From assembly GCF_009914755.1 (NCBI RefSeq), contig NC_060926.1: DNA of 64,000 nt, one strand, 5' to 3'. Below are positions 1 to 15,482 of this stretch, piece by piece; the first letter of the stretch is position 1; each line of letters begins with the position of its first letter. This DNA comes from the human T2T-CHM13v2.0 reference genome, Homo sapiens. The translations under genes and the position numbers were made by a program. The notes beneath the pieces are model-generated. The model saw only the letters and a list, made by a program, of their open reading frames with translations. It was not told where the DNA came from and ran no database searches.

Positions 1-298
1 AGAAAAAGGTCCTCAGAGTTTCTATGAGTTTTTTTCCAAGAGCGCTGATCTCTACCTGGGCACTTTATTTGTTAGTTTACATGTCTCTCATTTACACTAA
101 TAGTGTATATTTTATGTTCTAGTGAATACACCCCATACCTCTTCATCTCGTATTCTTTTTAGTCAGCCGTAGAATTTTAAGTAAGCCAGTCTTCCAAGAT
201 TCATCCTTTGTGAAAGAATATTCTTGGATTAGTGGTTCTGTTGACATTTTTTCTTACTCGGTGTTAATACCCATCAACTTTCCAAGTTTATACATATT

Positions 299-1310
299 TG
301 TTACTGGCCAGGTCCAGATCCATCCCACTTGCCTGCAGCAAGTCAGTCATTGTGACATGGGTTTTGTAAAAGAGAAAATATTTTGTTCACAAGGGAACTG
401 AGCGAGAAAGTGGGAGAATAGCTCTCAACTCCACCTCCCTAAAGATAAGGCTTAGGGACATTTATGGGTTAGGGAAGTGGGATGGTCTAAGGTACGGGGA
501 AAAGTAATTGGCAATGGGGATAAGTGAAGTGACAAGTTCATTCTGCCCAAGTAGAATGACCATCCAAATAGTACAGACTCTCAAAATGTAGATTTAGAAA
601 AAGATAGATCTTCATCCTAATCCGTATGTGCCAGCTCAGCTTTTAATGTGGAGTTTTTCACTGTGGGTATTAGATTCTTGCACAGCTATTAATAGCTTTA
701 TTACTTTCTGAAATAGTCGAATATGTTCTATCACTCTTAAAAACTTTTAAAAACTCTTCACCACTTACTGTTTTAAACAAACAATGGCAGGTTCCCGGAG
801 GCGTTTCTGGCCTGGCTTCTCAGCATGTCTCTGCTCTAACCTGAATTTGATTTTCCTTTTTTCAGTCTCATGCAGTGACTGAAGGGAATAAGATTGTGAC
901 CTCCCTTGTGACACTAAATAGCCAGAGTTCATGGCATTTCATAGGACATATGTACAGAAAATGGTGGCATCAATATGATCTGGGGGTGGAGTTTTTGGTT
1001 CTCCCACCTCAAAAAGTAATCTCTTGGGCACTTGTGCAGGCCCAGTTGAAAGATCAGCGGTCTCAACCAGTTTGAGCTGTCCAGGAGCTGGCCAAAGTTT
1101 CTGAAAAACAACTGAAGCAACTGTTACCATTGTGACTTGTGAACGTTATCTATAACATAGCCAGTGAAAAGTTTCAGCATTTAGTGATGTGTCCTTCAGC
1201 TACTGCAGCCTTCAAGTTCATGAGAAAAGGGGAAAAGAAAATTAACAAGAGGCAAATGACCAAAAGCAAGCAGGTCAGGCAGACCTGATCAAAGTAACAC
1301 CTTGGTTTCC
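299..1310 (-). mobile_element. ERV1-class (MER4-group-like) solo LTR, interrupted at ~555-915 by an unrelated insert
   Basis: Starts TGTTAC, ends GGTTTCC (degenerate TTTCA); flanked by 4-bp duplication TATT (295-298, 1311-1314), typical of ERV1 integration; LTR-like motifs at 300-554 and 921-1310. Family not pinned down. Confidence 0.65.
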
Positions 1311-2031
1311 TATTCCTGTATCATTCTTTCTTCATTGTTCTATTTATGTTCAATCAATTGATATGTTTATTTTAATTTTGATCTTTATTGCAATAACCAC
1401 CATGAATTGTCAGGTCTGTAACCCTCAGCAAATGACTCAAACTCTTTCTCTCAATATCTTAATTTGTAACACAGTAATAGAATCTACTTCAAAGGATTAT
1501 GGTGAGAGTGTATTTTCATACATGTCAGTAATTACAGCAGTTTCCTGGCACACAGTACTCATTAAGTAATTGTAAATTATTATTATTTAATATTTATCAT
1601 AAATTATTGGTAAATTTATAGCATCCATAATGTTTATTCCATTGTCATTTCTACCTGTGCAAGAGTTTTATATCTATCCTAGACGTTTCTGTTTCCAGAA
1701 TCACTAACTTCATCTAGTCGCTAACCTTTTGTATAAGCTCTTACTTTATTTCTTAAAGTATTTCTTTGTCATTAGCCTTTCCTATAAACCACTTATCTGT
1801 ATTATGCTCATAATTTATTTCTAAAACACCTATCTATTCATATTTTCATTCTTCAAAACTTCAACAGGATTTTCTAATGATTAACTTCATCATCATTAAG
1901 TAAGGCACACAAAGCTTTTGATTTTCTTGCATTGGAGAAATAAGTAAAATATTATGCCATTCTACAAATCTTCTTGATAAATGTTAAAAAGAAAGAAAAT
2001 AGTTTTATTATTAAATAAGCACTAAACCCAG

Positions 2032-2335
2032 TTGTGATTGCCTCACAGGCAATCCACTAAAGAGACTGCAAGACAGAAAGAAATCTCACATTTTTGTGTG
2101 CCAGGAAGATATAATTCATTAAATACAGCTTAGTTGTTTTATCCAAAGAAAAGCAAAGCTTCTCACATCTCCAAAACAAGCAAGAAGTTACAACTTGGAG
2201 CCAGGCATTGAGGCCAAAATTCCACAGATATAGGGGGAAAAGGCCCTTTCCACCCTGAGGTCCACATTTCAAAATGATAGCCCCAAAGTCTTCATAAAAG
2301 ATTCCTGAGATTCAAAACCAGCAAAAGTATTATTT
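2032..2335. mobile_element. ERV1 LTR fragment (MER34/MER39/MER21-like)
   Basis: Motif ttcaaaatgatagccccaaagtcttcataaaagattcctgag...ttatttagctttt resembles recalled MER34/39-type LTRs; appears to resume as tttaaaagatt after the L1 insert. Confidence 0.4.
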
Positions 2336-2337
2336 AG

Positions 2338-2612
2338 CTTTTTTTTAAATTGACAAATACAAATTCTGTATCTTTATGGTGTACAGCATGATGTTTAGGT
2401 ATATGTACATATTGTAGAATGGCTGAATCAAGCTGGTAAATACATCCATTACCTCATATAGTTATGTCTTTGTAGTGAGAACATGTGAAATATACTATCT
2501 TAGCGATTTTCAAGCACACAGTATAATCAACAATTAGTAGACAACCTGCAAAATGGGATAAAATATTTGCAAACTATATATCTGATGAAGATTTAATATC
2601 CAAAATATGTAA
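2338..2612 (-). mobile_element. Short L1MA insertion with 5' inversion (3' end on minus ~2338-2527, ORF2 piece on plus ~2528-2612)
   Basis: T-run then ttaaattgacaaata...gtgtacagcatgatgttt...tttgtagtgagaaca is the reverse complement of an L1MA 3' end; agacaacctgcaaaatgggataaaatatttgcaaactatatatctgat is plus-strand ORF2. Confidence 0.75.
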
Positions 2613-3645
2613 CAGTTTTTAAAAGATTTTCTATTTCCTTTACTCTTGTCACAGTTTGTAACTTTATGTTAATTTCCTGGAAATCCCTTACACCTTCCTG
2701 AAGCACATTATGTTTGTACCTCACTTTTCCATACATTTATGCCTTCATTAATGCAATTTATTCCCCATGCTGAAATGTCCTTCTTTTCTTCATCTTTCTA
2801 GAAAACATTTAAGCATTCTTCAAGTTTCTGGCCCACGTACCACTTTGTCTATGCATTGACAAATATGAAAACATTGCTAGGAGGAAATATTTTTTAAAAT
2901 ACCTAAAATAGCTAAATATTTTTAAAACAGCTCCATTTATTAAACAGATATATCATAACATAACATTTGCAAATTTATTATTAAAGAGATATGTTTGATA
3001 GATTTATATAGAAAAATATTGGACATTTATGACCAAGTATGTTAATGCAAACTGATATATAATGATCAAGTTATACAGTATGTTTCTTTCTTATTCAAAC
3101 CTCACTAAGCATGAAGTATGTATGCTGATATGGAAAAATAATATAAACATAGGTTGCTTGTTAAAATGCTGAAAAATCTCCATAATTTGGAGGAGTGTGA
3201 GTCATGACTGTATCAACTGTGAGCAAAAGAGCACAAACAGCTGCTTCTGATCCCTATGGTGCCATTCAATTTTCCTACTTTAGAAGCTTCATAAACACAA
3301 TAAAATGAATGAGATAGGGACTCAGGGTTTCTCATTTTTCAGCAAGTCATTATAAAAACGGTCTCTACAACATATTCACAAATTATGATTAATGTGCTGC
3401 AAATTCACTTTGCAGCATAATCAGCTTCGTTTTAGCTGGAGAGGTGTTACTTGAGTCTTTTACTTTGCAGAGAGACCATATTTAAAAGTGAATAGTCATC
3501 ATCTAACCCACCTTTCTTTTCAACTCTAACTAGCATCACATTAAAATCAGAAAATTGAGAAGAAACCAAGTATTTACTTTTTCAAGAACAAAATATTATT
3601 GCTTTGATAATATATTTCAGTTTTTATTGACCTATAAGAACTCTA

Positions 3646-3999
<354 letters not shown>

Positions 4000-4724
4000 T
4001 CAAGTGTTGTCAAATGTCAAATGAGATATGTACTACTACGTACTATTTCACTGATGAACAAAACAAATACTTTATATTAAAACACTTTTATAGGACATTG
4101 AAACAACTGAAAATATGATTTAAAATGATACATAATATCCCAATTATGTATGCAACCACAAAATAGTCGCGTTAGAATGGATTATAAAAAACCAGGAAGA
4201 ATTTTCCCAGTGGTTTGAAACCATGACCAAATACCCCACCTAAAAGAGGAATAGATAAAATGGCATCTTAACACAAACCTGAAGAGGTGTTGTGAGAGAG
4301 TCGCAAGGGTATGGTCCTGAGTCCAAAATAGGCTTCAAGCACTTGTCCTTGAAAATGTTGAATTTCATTTTTGTTGCACACACATTTTCTCGTTAGAGAA
4401 ATCTTGTCTCCAAGATTTGTAGAGAACTGAGATGAGATTGAACGTATTAAGTGGTATCTCAGTTCCTGGAAAGTCTTAAGATCTCAACCAATCTTATTTC
4501 CATTTTCCTCATTGTCTAAAGCTTCTACTAAGAATATGTCTAATGTGTTGTACCTTAGCAAAAAGAAAAGGTGGAGTCATTCATGACAAGAAAAATACCT
4601 GTAAAGTGGATGATCCGTACATTGTTAATTAGTAAAACTACAACCTATCTATTTTATGTATAAATGAATGTATTTTTAAAAGCTCTGCTGTTGAAGTTAC
4701 ATTACGTCTTTACAGTCAGAGCAA

Positions 4725-4845
4725 AACATGAAGATCATAGTACCTCATTTGTAGAGTTATTGTAAAGATTAAATAATCTAATATATTTTAAAATAAAAAG
4801 AGAACAAAAGTCTAGAAGACAGTAAGCACCCCATTAAGTGGTATT
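4725..4845 (+). mobile_element. MIR fragment
   Basis: atagtacctcatttgtagagttattgtaaagattaaataatctaatatat matches the MIR core/3' part. Confidence 0.6.
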
Positions 4846-5376
4846 TTGAATAGGTTTCTAATATTTTTGATTATGACAATATTGATGTTGATGATAAAGT
4901 TATCATAATATCTTTAACATTGACTAGATCATTTTACCACATTATTTTATAATGTGTCTACTCTTTAAGGGAGAAAAAAATTGATTATGTATAAACATGT
5001 ATACATTAAAGTATCTCAGTAGTTTGCCACTATAGTCTATCTTTCTTTTTTATTTTAATGTGAATATAAACAATCTCCCTCTTACCAAAGATCAGACTTT
5101 ATAGTTGGTTGAGTTAGTCTCAGTACTAAAACTTAGGGGCAAACATCCTAATTATAACATTAAATGGAGAAAAAATCAAGTGTATATATACAATACCAGT
5201 TTTATGCTGTTGGCAAATTATTGATGTTTAATTGACTATTGGGAGAAAATGCTACTTATGCAACTGCACTACTAGTGATTCCAGCAAAACCAAATGAGTC
5301 TGCATGTCGTATTAACCCCTCCAAATGAAACCCTGAGCCTATTAGCTTTTCTCTTTCTCCCATGTACCTTTCATCA

Positions 5377-5436
5377 TATATAAAAGGCATCTCCATGGAA
5401 ACAAAAAGCATTTCCCTTAGAAGACAAGAGGTGAGT
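5377..5436 (+). promoter_or_regulatory. Candidate TATA/Inr core promoter with short first exon and splice donor
   Basis: TATAAAAG at 5379-5386, Inr-like CATTTC with A at 5410 (TATA at -31), GAG|GTGAGT donor at 5430/5431. Motif evidence only. Confidence 0.3.
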
Positions 5437-6329
5437 GATTCCTGCCTAGTCCTATCATTATTCTTCAGAGATTACTTCATTTTATTACAAGTGAAAAACC
5501 TGCAACAGCAATCTGTACTCTGCAATTAAGAACAGGGCAGTTTAATCCTTGTAATAAGAATGGACCAGCAGCAGCTAAGAACAATTTTATTAACTTCCTA
5601 GAAGATTTGTGGCTCTACAACATTAAAGAAGGCCTCACAGTAAACTAATTTCCAGAGGGGAGAAGCAGTATATTTCAACCACGCATGACAGGTCAGAAAA
5701 GCCCCCTCGAGGAGTATATGAAATATTCGGTCTTCTTAAGCACCGATCAACAAAATGACACCATATCATATCTGTGTTTGCTGCAGGCTGACACTCTACC
5801 TCCTCTTATTTAAGACTGATTTTTAAGAATAACAAAAAAATGCTGGAAATGATTTATGGCTTCGTGCATAAACTTTATGTATTGAGAGCCACAAATCTCT
5901 CCTAAAAACGCATGAAGTTTTGGCACATTCCTAATTTCATTATTGTTTTTACATAATCTTGTGATAAATTTTATAGAATAAACATATACGGTTTATAATA
6001 ACATCAAATATTACATTATTTTATCTGTATGTTTTCAAAATCATACAAAAATGTCCATGACTTCACATCCTCACCCAAACATTTAAATAATTTGATTTTT
6101 TATAAGTAATTTCCTATTTTTTTGCCTTTATTTTTTCATTAAAATGTATGGATAGGTGTGCGACATATCTTTTGCAGCAGATGTGAGAAGTTTAAAACAT
6201 CCTATTAGAAGGAAACCCAGAAAAATGATAAATGATGGTGCTTCACACACAGAGCTATCACAAACTTCACAGAGGTACTAGACAAATGGAGTTTTGAAAA
6301 AATGTAAATGTCTTTAAGAGTGGAGAAGA

Positions 6330-6420
6330 AGCGTGTATGTGCTTGTATGTGTGTTTTCATATATATAGTGTGTATGTACATAAATGTATATATGTGTTGG
6401 AATATTGGTATATAATAATT
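6330..6420. repeat. (TG/TA)n low-complexity tract
   Basis: gcgtgtatgtgcttgtatgtgtg...atatatagtgtgtatgtacataaatgtatatatgtg. Confidence 0.7.
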
Positions 6421-6719
6421 ATGTTCTTTTCTCTGTACTTATGTAACATGATTAGTGTCAATCAAAATTAGAAAGAAAATACAAAGAAAAATGTTTTGGT
6501 TTTGTCTAGTGCAGACGTTAAAAATTTAACCTATTACATTTTCTCATTTGGTAAAATGAGTTAATTATGTTGCATTTTCTTTTCCTTTTATTCAGACTCT
6601 CGATACTGTGGTTAATATATTTTTTTTCCAAAGTTCAAAGTTCAAAGGTCAAGAAATATGCAAAAAGAAAATCAAGGATTATAAGCAAATGAAGAAACAG
6701 AGGTTACTACAACTCTCTG

Positions 6720-7095
6720 TCTTGCTTTAGTGATGGAACCATAAATTTTAGCTGAATGGTGGGCTACCAATAATAAAGACTAGAATTCCAGATTTTATTG
6801 CAGCAGGTGGAGGACATGTCACTAATTCTGACTAATGTTAAATGAAATGGTAAATGCATGACCTTGTAATGAAGGTACCCTCACAATGGATAGAACACAG
6901 CTTTGGTTATGATTCCTATGGACCAGGTAGATTTGAGTGATGCCCCCCAAATGGGCAGAGTAATAAATTAAAAGGAGACTGAATTCCTGACATATTGATA
7001 TTCACTATATCGCAGGTCACTGTTATTCTGATTCTTTGCTGCAGCAGCTGCACTTGTGTTCTCATTAATGTAGAACATAACTTTATATCTGAGTG
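6720..7095. mobile_element. Old ERVL LTR (LTR33/LTR16-like), degraded
   Basis: aaagactagaattccagattttattgcagcaggtggaggacatgtcactaattctgactaatg resembles the LTR16/33 motif gactacatttcccagcctcccttgcagct...catgtgactaagttctggccaatg. Confidence 0.5.
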
Positions 7096-7099
7096 CAAA

Positions 7100-7158
7100 T
7101 ATTCATTCATTCACTCAATTAGCCAGTACCTGTTGAAAGCCAACTATATGCCAGCAGA
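7100..7158 (-). mobile_element. L2 3'-end fragment
   Basis: attcattcattcactcaa...tacctgttgaaagccaactatatgccag is a reverse-complemented L2 tail. Confidence 0.55.
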
Positions 7159-8689
7159 TTCTTATAATCTGGTAATTATACTCTTGGTTGATAAGCCGAT
7201 ATAAGCAAATATGGTATAAATATTATGAATTTAAAGGCAGACTGTAATAAAGAGAAACTCTTCATGCAGGTGTCTTCTCAAGTTGGACCACGAGAAAATT
7301 GGAGTTTTGAGAAGGTGCAAATGCCTTGAAGAGTAGAGAAATAAAAATGCTAAATAATAATATATGAACTAGATAATAACATATGAAGAGAATAAAAAAG
7401 TATTGAAAATATTATGCTGTCAGAAAGGATAGTCACAAGCGCAAAATAAATGATGGGCAATCAATGCCTCAAATTAATGAAAATAACTTTCCTGTGATAT
7501 GAGAGACATTCAGAAATTGACATGCATATTTATATATGTACATGAATAAATATAAAAGGTAAATTATGAGACAACAGATGTATAATAAGCCAATTTAAAT
7601 ATATTGTATTACTTTATAGTATTTAATAAAAATTATAAAGCTATCAGAAAATATAAAATGTGCTCTTTGATGAATGCATAGAAAATTCAAATTAATTGGA
7701 CAAGGGTGGACAGATATAACTGTTGTTTTTATACCAAACATGAAATTTAACATCTAAGGGAGAAATACAACTATACAAAAATGTAATATACTATTCCAAG
7801 ATAACACTTGTATACATATATATCTTTGATATCACTATGTATTTATTTAGTGTTCAATTTTAACTCTGATCAATATTTACAATACTTTATTTTGATGAAA
7901 ATAGTCCTTTGAACATTTAGCATAAATTGTATATATTTTCTCTGTATATCTGCTTTCATTTTTTGGAAAATAGGTTTTGACTGTTATATAATGAAGAGAT
8001 GCCTGAATACTTTATGAATCAATTCATAGCATGTATAAAATGAAATAAAGTATTGACATCTTTCCAAGAAGCAAAATTAACCTTGAGGGAAATTCCGATT
8101 CATTTAGAAATCAGACATTGTGAAATTATATCATAATTCCTTCTACAGTAACTACCCTAAAAACCCAAGTAATTTTAGTTTGTGCTTTTAAATCTTTTAA
8201 TTTAAAAAGATCTTTTTGCAAATTTGTCTCACTCCTGATGTTATGAATTGACTCTTTTATTTCATTACCATAGTCCAGTCAAAACCTTAAAGCAGTTATA
8301 CACAGCTATGAAATCTAATGGTTTCTTATTAACCTTATTTTAATCCATGCTCTTGATAAGAAGCAATACTTATTCAGAAAGAATTAAAGGATACAGTAAA
8401 TGTTCAGCCAATGTTTGTTGAATGAGTCATTTTAATGCATGTGTCATGTCTAAACACTGAACTCCATTTAACTGTACTCAGTTAATTGCTATATTGTTGA
8501 GATGGATCTTATCTTTACAGAGAATATGAGCAAAATCTTTTATAGGCAGTTATTAATTTGCATTAAATTAGGAATATATTTGAATGTATAGAAACCAATT
8601 TAAGACTTCTGGGTGTATACTTAAACATAGAATTATAAAATGTATCTTATAAAGTTGATCTTATTGAAAGCCATTTCTTTCATTTGATC

Positions 8690-10565
<1,876 letters not shown>

Positions 10566-10844
10566 TTATGTTAAATCACTTCAGTTTAGATTGTATAGAA
10601 ATAAAATTTGTATTGCATTCAATGATTACTATCATTTGAATATTGTCAGTGGGGCATCATAATAAATGGACTTTCATTTTGTGTATGTTAGCTTGGCAAC
10701 AACGTTGTTGAAAAGCTTGTACCTAAAATACTTGAAATTTCTATTTGATGCCACTTATAGAGAGATTATAGAAAATCTAACGAGACTATTATAAGCTTCT
10801 TTAGCACTGAAAGAAATATCTTACTTCCATCAGAGGGATTTAGG

Positions 10845-11035
10845 TGATCCAGATTCTAACCCTAGGTCATATACAGGATCATTGTATAACCTCAGGCAAA
10901 GTACTTGAGAGTGAACATCTTTTGCTTTCGAAATAGAGAAAATAATTGCCCTGAAATTTTTATGTATAGTTGAAAGTACCAAGAGAGATTATGTTAGGGA
11001 AAATGCATTATAAACATATATAAATGTTCTATGCA
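10845..11035 (+). mobile_element. MIR (MIR3/MIRc-like), degraded
   Basis: gatccagattctaaccctaggtc...tgtataacctcaggcaaagtactt...agagagattatgttagggaaaatgcattataaac. Confidence 0.5.
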
Positions 11036-12099
11036 TGTAATTACTCAAATTATATAAATTATACATAAATATGTATAATGTTTCAGATTTTGACTTTGGA
11101 TTCTGATGTATCAAAAGACTTCTCTAAATTCAAATTTGTTCTGTAGCATGAAACAATAATAAACTATGAAGACTTTAATGATTTATAAAAGTTTAGAAAC
11201 ATTTTCAAATGCATTAATTTAATTTAAAAATTCCGTTCTCAAGAGAGATTTATTCTAGCTAAGAAACAAATGAAGCATATTTATCGTTAAAATCCTTCCA
11301 AATGTGTTTCTAATACAAAAGGAAATGAGTTTTTTTCACTGACATTATAGTACAGTAATGGAAAGAACAAACTTTAATGCAAATTGTGTTCAGCTCTGAT
11401 TGCAACAATTATACATTATCTTAAGAATAGTTTGTAGTAGATGATCAATGTTCAGATTATCAAGGTAAAATGTAAAGGTTTGTAATAATTATTGTATAAA
11501 TGATATCTATATAATAGTAATTTATTGTTTTATTTATAGCATATGTATTTCTATGTAAGAATAGTTATATTTATAATCATTATAGCATAATCCACACTAT
11601 TCAAAACTCAAAATTTAATTTTAGAATAATTTTATGCTAACATTGAGATTTATACAAATTACAAAATGTTTTTGAATATGTGATACTCTTACATTTTCAA
11701 AACTATTGATTAAAAAAAGGTATATTAATCCTATTTCAAGGATGAAACTTTTAGCAACATCACACAACAGCCAAGCTTACTGACTTTATATTCCTATATT
11801 CTATATCATGGCTCATTATTATTTATGTCTTTTCTTATAAGATTTGTATATGGGTTTTATATGTGTGTATCTCCAACCTATATAATTTAGAAAATGTTTG
11901 TACATATAGCAAAAAGACCAAGACAGTTGTTAATTACCATAAGTTAATTTACTAACCTATCCAGATAAAATCACTAAATGTTTTATCTCTACTTTTATAG
12001 ATTAGAATGAATATGCCGCTAGTATAATATATTAAGAAAATAGGAAACATAATTAACTGAAAATAAATTGTAAGCTTTAACATTTTAAAAAGTCAAAAT

Positions 12100-12330
12100 A
12101 GCAGAATATGGTGGAAAAAATACATATTTGTCACCAGATCAATTTGAATTTTAATAATGGCTGTGACCATTAGCAAGTTTCAAACTTTTCTAAGCCTTGA
12201 ATTCCTCATGTGCAAAATGGGAAAAACTACCTTATATACCCTTACATTCTTGGAAAGAACAAATGAAAATTCTGATAAATATGTGTAAATTAGATGTAAC
12301 AGTGTGCTACCAAAAATATGATTGCAATAA
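12100..12330 (+). mobile_element. MIR
   Basis: ggctgtgaccattagcaagtttcaaacttttctaagccttgaattcctcatgtgcaaaatggg core motif. Confidence 0.75.
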
Positions 12331-12809
12331 TATTTTGATAACTAGTAATCTATATATGTATATGAATATGTTATGTATGAAATGAAACTCATTCCATATG
12401 ATATATGTTATGTATTAAATGTTATATATATGTAAACACATACATATGTAGGAGCAGATAGAAGAATATACACATACACAATTTTCCTACATCCATGCTG
12501 TCTGAATAATAGCTTTAAAATTTGAAATATATATAAATTGTCAAAAATAGCATTTAACACATTTTTATCCAAGAACACTTATTTCCTTGAAAATTTGAGT
12601 TTGGCATATATAACTTTCAACCAACTCATATTTACTAAACATTCAATTTCAAAAATGTTAATAGATATTATATCTTATACTTTATTTAACAAGCACTTTC
12701 ATTTTACCCCCAGAAAAATCCTGTGTGCAACATGCTACAAGTGTCATAGTTATATGTCACCAAACAGGTTTATAATATAGGACAATTTGAAACAGATTAT
12801 TCAAAAATT

Positions 12810-14068
12810 TTGTTTACTTTTAATTGACAAATGAAAATTGGGTACAATGTGATACTTTGATACCCATTGTATCTGTGATAATTTGATACTGTGATAATTA
12901 AATCAATCTAATATATCTAACATCTCACATACTTACCATTTTTTTTGTGATGAGAACATTTAAAATCTACTCTGTCAGCAATTTTCCAGTATACAGTACA
13001 TTATTAACTATCATCACCATGCTGTACAGTAGATCTCCAGAACGTATTTCTCCTATATAACTGAAACTGCTTACCCTTTGATGAACAACTCCACATTACC
13101 GCCCTCTTCCTACCCACGCCAGCCCTTGGTAACCAGCATTCTACTCTCTACTTCTGTGAGTTTGATTTTTTAGATTCCACGTGTAAATGACATCATTTGG
13201 TAAATACACAAAAATTTGTCAGTAATTTTTCTTTTCTGTGTCTGGCTAATTTCACTTAGCATATTTTTTCCAGTTTCATCCATGCAAATGATGATATTTT
13301 CTTCTTTTTTAAAGGCTGAATAAGTATTTCATTGTGTGTGTATACCACATTTTCTTTATCCATTCATCTATTGATGGACATTCAGCTTGATTCCATATCT
13401 TGATCATTGTTTATAATGGTGCAATGAACATGGAAGTGCAGGCATCTCTTTGACATGCTGATTTCATTTCCTTTGGCTATATACCCAGAAGTGGAATTGC
13501 TAGGTCACATGGTTGTTCTATTTTATATTTTTGGGAAACATCCATACTATTTTTCATCATGGCTGTACTAATTTACATACTCACCAACAATGTAAAAATA
13601 TTTACTTTTCTCCATATCCTCACTAACCCTTGGTATCTCTTGTCCTTTTGGTAAAATCTTTTCTAACAGATGTGACATTATATCCCATTGTGCTTTTAAT
13701 TTACATTATCCTGATGATTCATGATGTTAAGCATTTGGTAATATATGTGCTGATCATTTCTATGTTTTCTTTTAAGAAATGTCTATTGTGGTCCTTGGCC
13801 CATTTTAAAGTCAGGCTATTTGTTTTCCTGCTATGAGCTGTTTGACTTATATATTTTGTATATCAACTCCTTCAGATGTATGGTTTGCAAATATTTTATT
13901 CCATTCCATATGTTTTCTCTTCACTCTGTAAATTGCTTCCTTTTCTGTGCAGAAGCTTTATAGTTTGAGGCAATCTCATTTGTCTGTTTTTACTTTTATT
14001 GCCTGTGCTTTTGGGGTCATATCTAAAAAATATTTGCAAACACAAATGTCAAGAGACTTTTCTCAATG
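12810..14068 (-). mobile_element. L1MA 3' portion (end of ORF2 plus 3' UTR), 5' truncated
   Basis: tttaattgacaaat...tgtgatgagaacatttaaaatctactct...tataccacattttctttatccattcatct...tgtgcagaagcttt: continuous reverse-strand L1 3' region. Confidence 0.92.
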
Positions 14069-15482
14069 AAAGGTTATTTTTTAAAAAAATAAACAGTGTG
14101 TTTTATGCTACTATAGATTAAAAATAATATTTAAATGCAAGCAAAAGATGAACTAAGCTTAATAACATACTGCAGATGAATTTTCTTAGTATTTGATAAA
14201 CTCAGAGTTGCAATTAATTAGATAGGCATAAAAGTCATCATTAGGAATTTTATATGAAATATTTTAACACAAAACATTCACCTTGCATTCACCTCCATCT
14301 ATTTTACTGTTCTCTTATAGGCTGTGCTAGGAAAAATGATATAGGATCACTGAAAAATATTTGGTCATCAAACATGCCCCATGTTCTCCAGTGCAACGTA
14401 TCCAATAAAGCAGAGAAGGGAGAGTAAGATATTTAAAAAGTTTTTTTATCTGAAACAAATATTCATTTTTTGAAAAGTTAAGGCATTTAAAAAGTTATGT
14501 CATTCAATATCCACATAAACAGCAAATGATTAATCAGATTTTTATTGAAAAAAATGTAGGTTTTAGTGATTTTAAGAGTAACATGCCATATAAATCAATT
14601 TTATGCATGTTTCAAATGATTTTTACATAAAAACATTATATGTAGAATTTATTATATAGCGTTAGAACAAGCCTTTATATTGATGTTAGAAATTGATGTG
14701 TACACATAAAAATGATATACATGAAGTAAAGACATAAATGTGGGCTTTAGGCAATGATTGACATCATAGAAGAATCTAGTAGGAGTTTAAGAAGCTACAG
14801 TATCTTTCATTTACTAATTCTTTTTAAAGAAGTTCTCAAAAACTACAAAAGGAAAGACTAATGCAGGTATCTCATCTTCAGCATGTTTCTAAACACCATT
14901 GTGACAATATTCAATTTCTAATATTTATCACTTATACTACTTCTACATCCAGAAAGAAATTGAGACTGATTACCATTATAAATCTATTACAAAGTAGAAG
15001 TAGATACAAAAACCAAAAATTTAGTGATTTGATTTTTATAAATTTTATAAAAGTAAAAATAACAGTATTTTTTCACTAACAGATAATGCCTAAAATAATT
15101 ACTAAAATTATATATATCTGATATTATATTTATGTTAATTCATTGTAATTCCATAATTTTGTTTGCTCAGAAAACTTACTGAATATAGCACATTGTCAAC
15201 TCCATAATAAAAACTGTTAATTTTCACTTCAAGCACCATTGTGCTTGTTCTTTCATTAATGTGATGGCTATACATATTAATCTTACGATACATAAAACCA
15301 ATGCAGGAATTAATAGACAAAACCCTTATTATCTTTATACGTATTATAAAATAACATATTGTTAGAGTGGGCAGATAGCCAGAAATGAGCAGGCTAGGGA
15401 GCCCCCTGGGAAAAGAAGTCTTAGAGGTGCTACCCACTGATAGTCAGAGCTGCACATTAACAGTAAGCAAAAGTGACAATGG

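Noticed and set aside
7300-7900. Possible very old L1ME fragments (also ~58940-59070)
   Set aside because: Similarity too degraded to place boundaries by eye.
14321-14423. Possible exon (pyrimidine tract-TAG acceptor, GTAAGA donor)
   Set aside because: Weak donor context and no coding signal; unsupported without transcript data.
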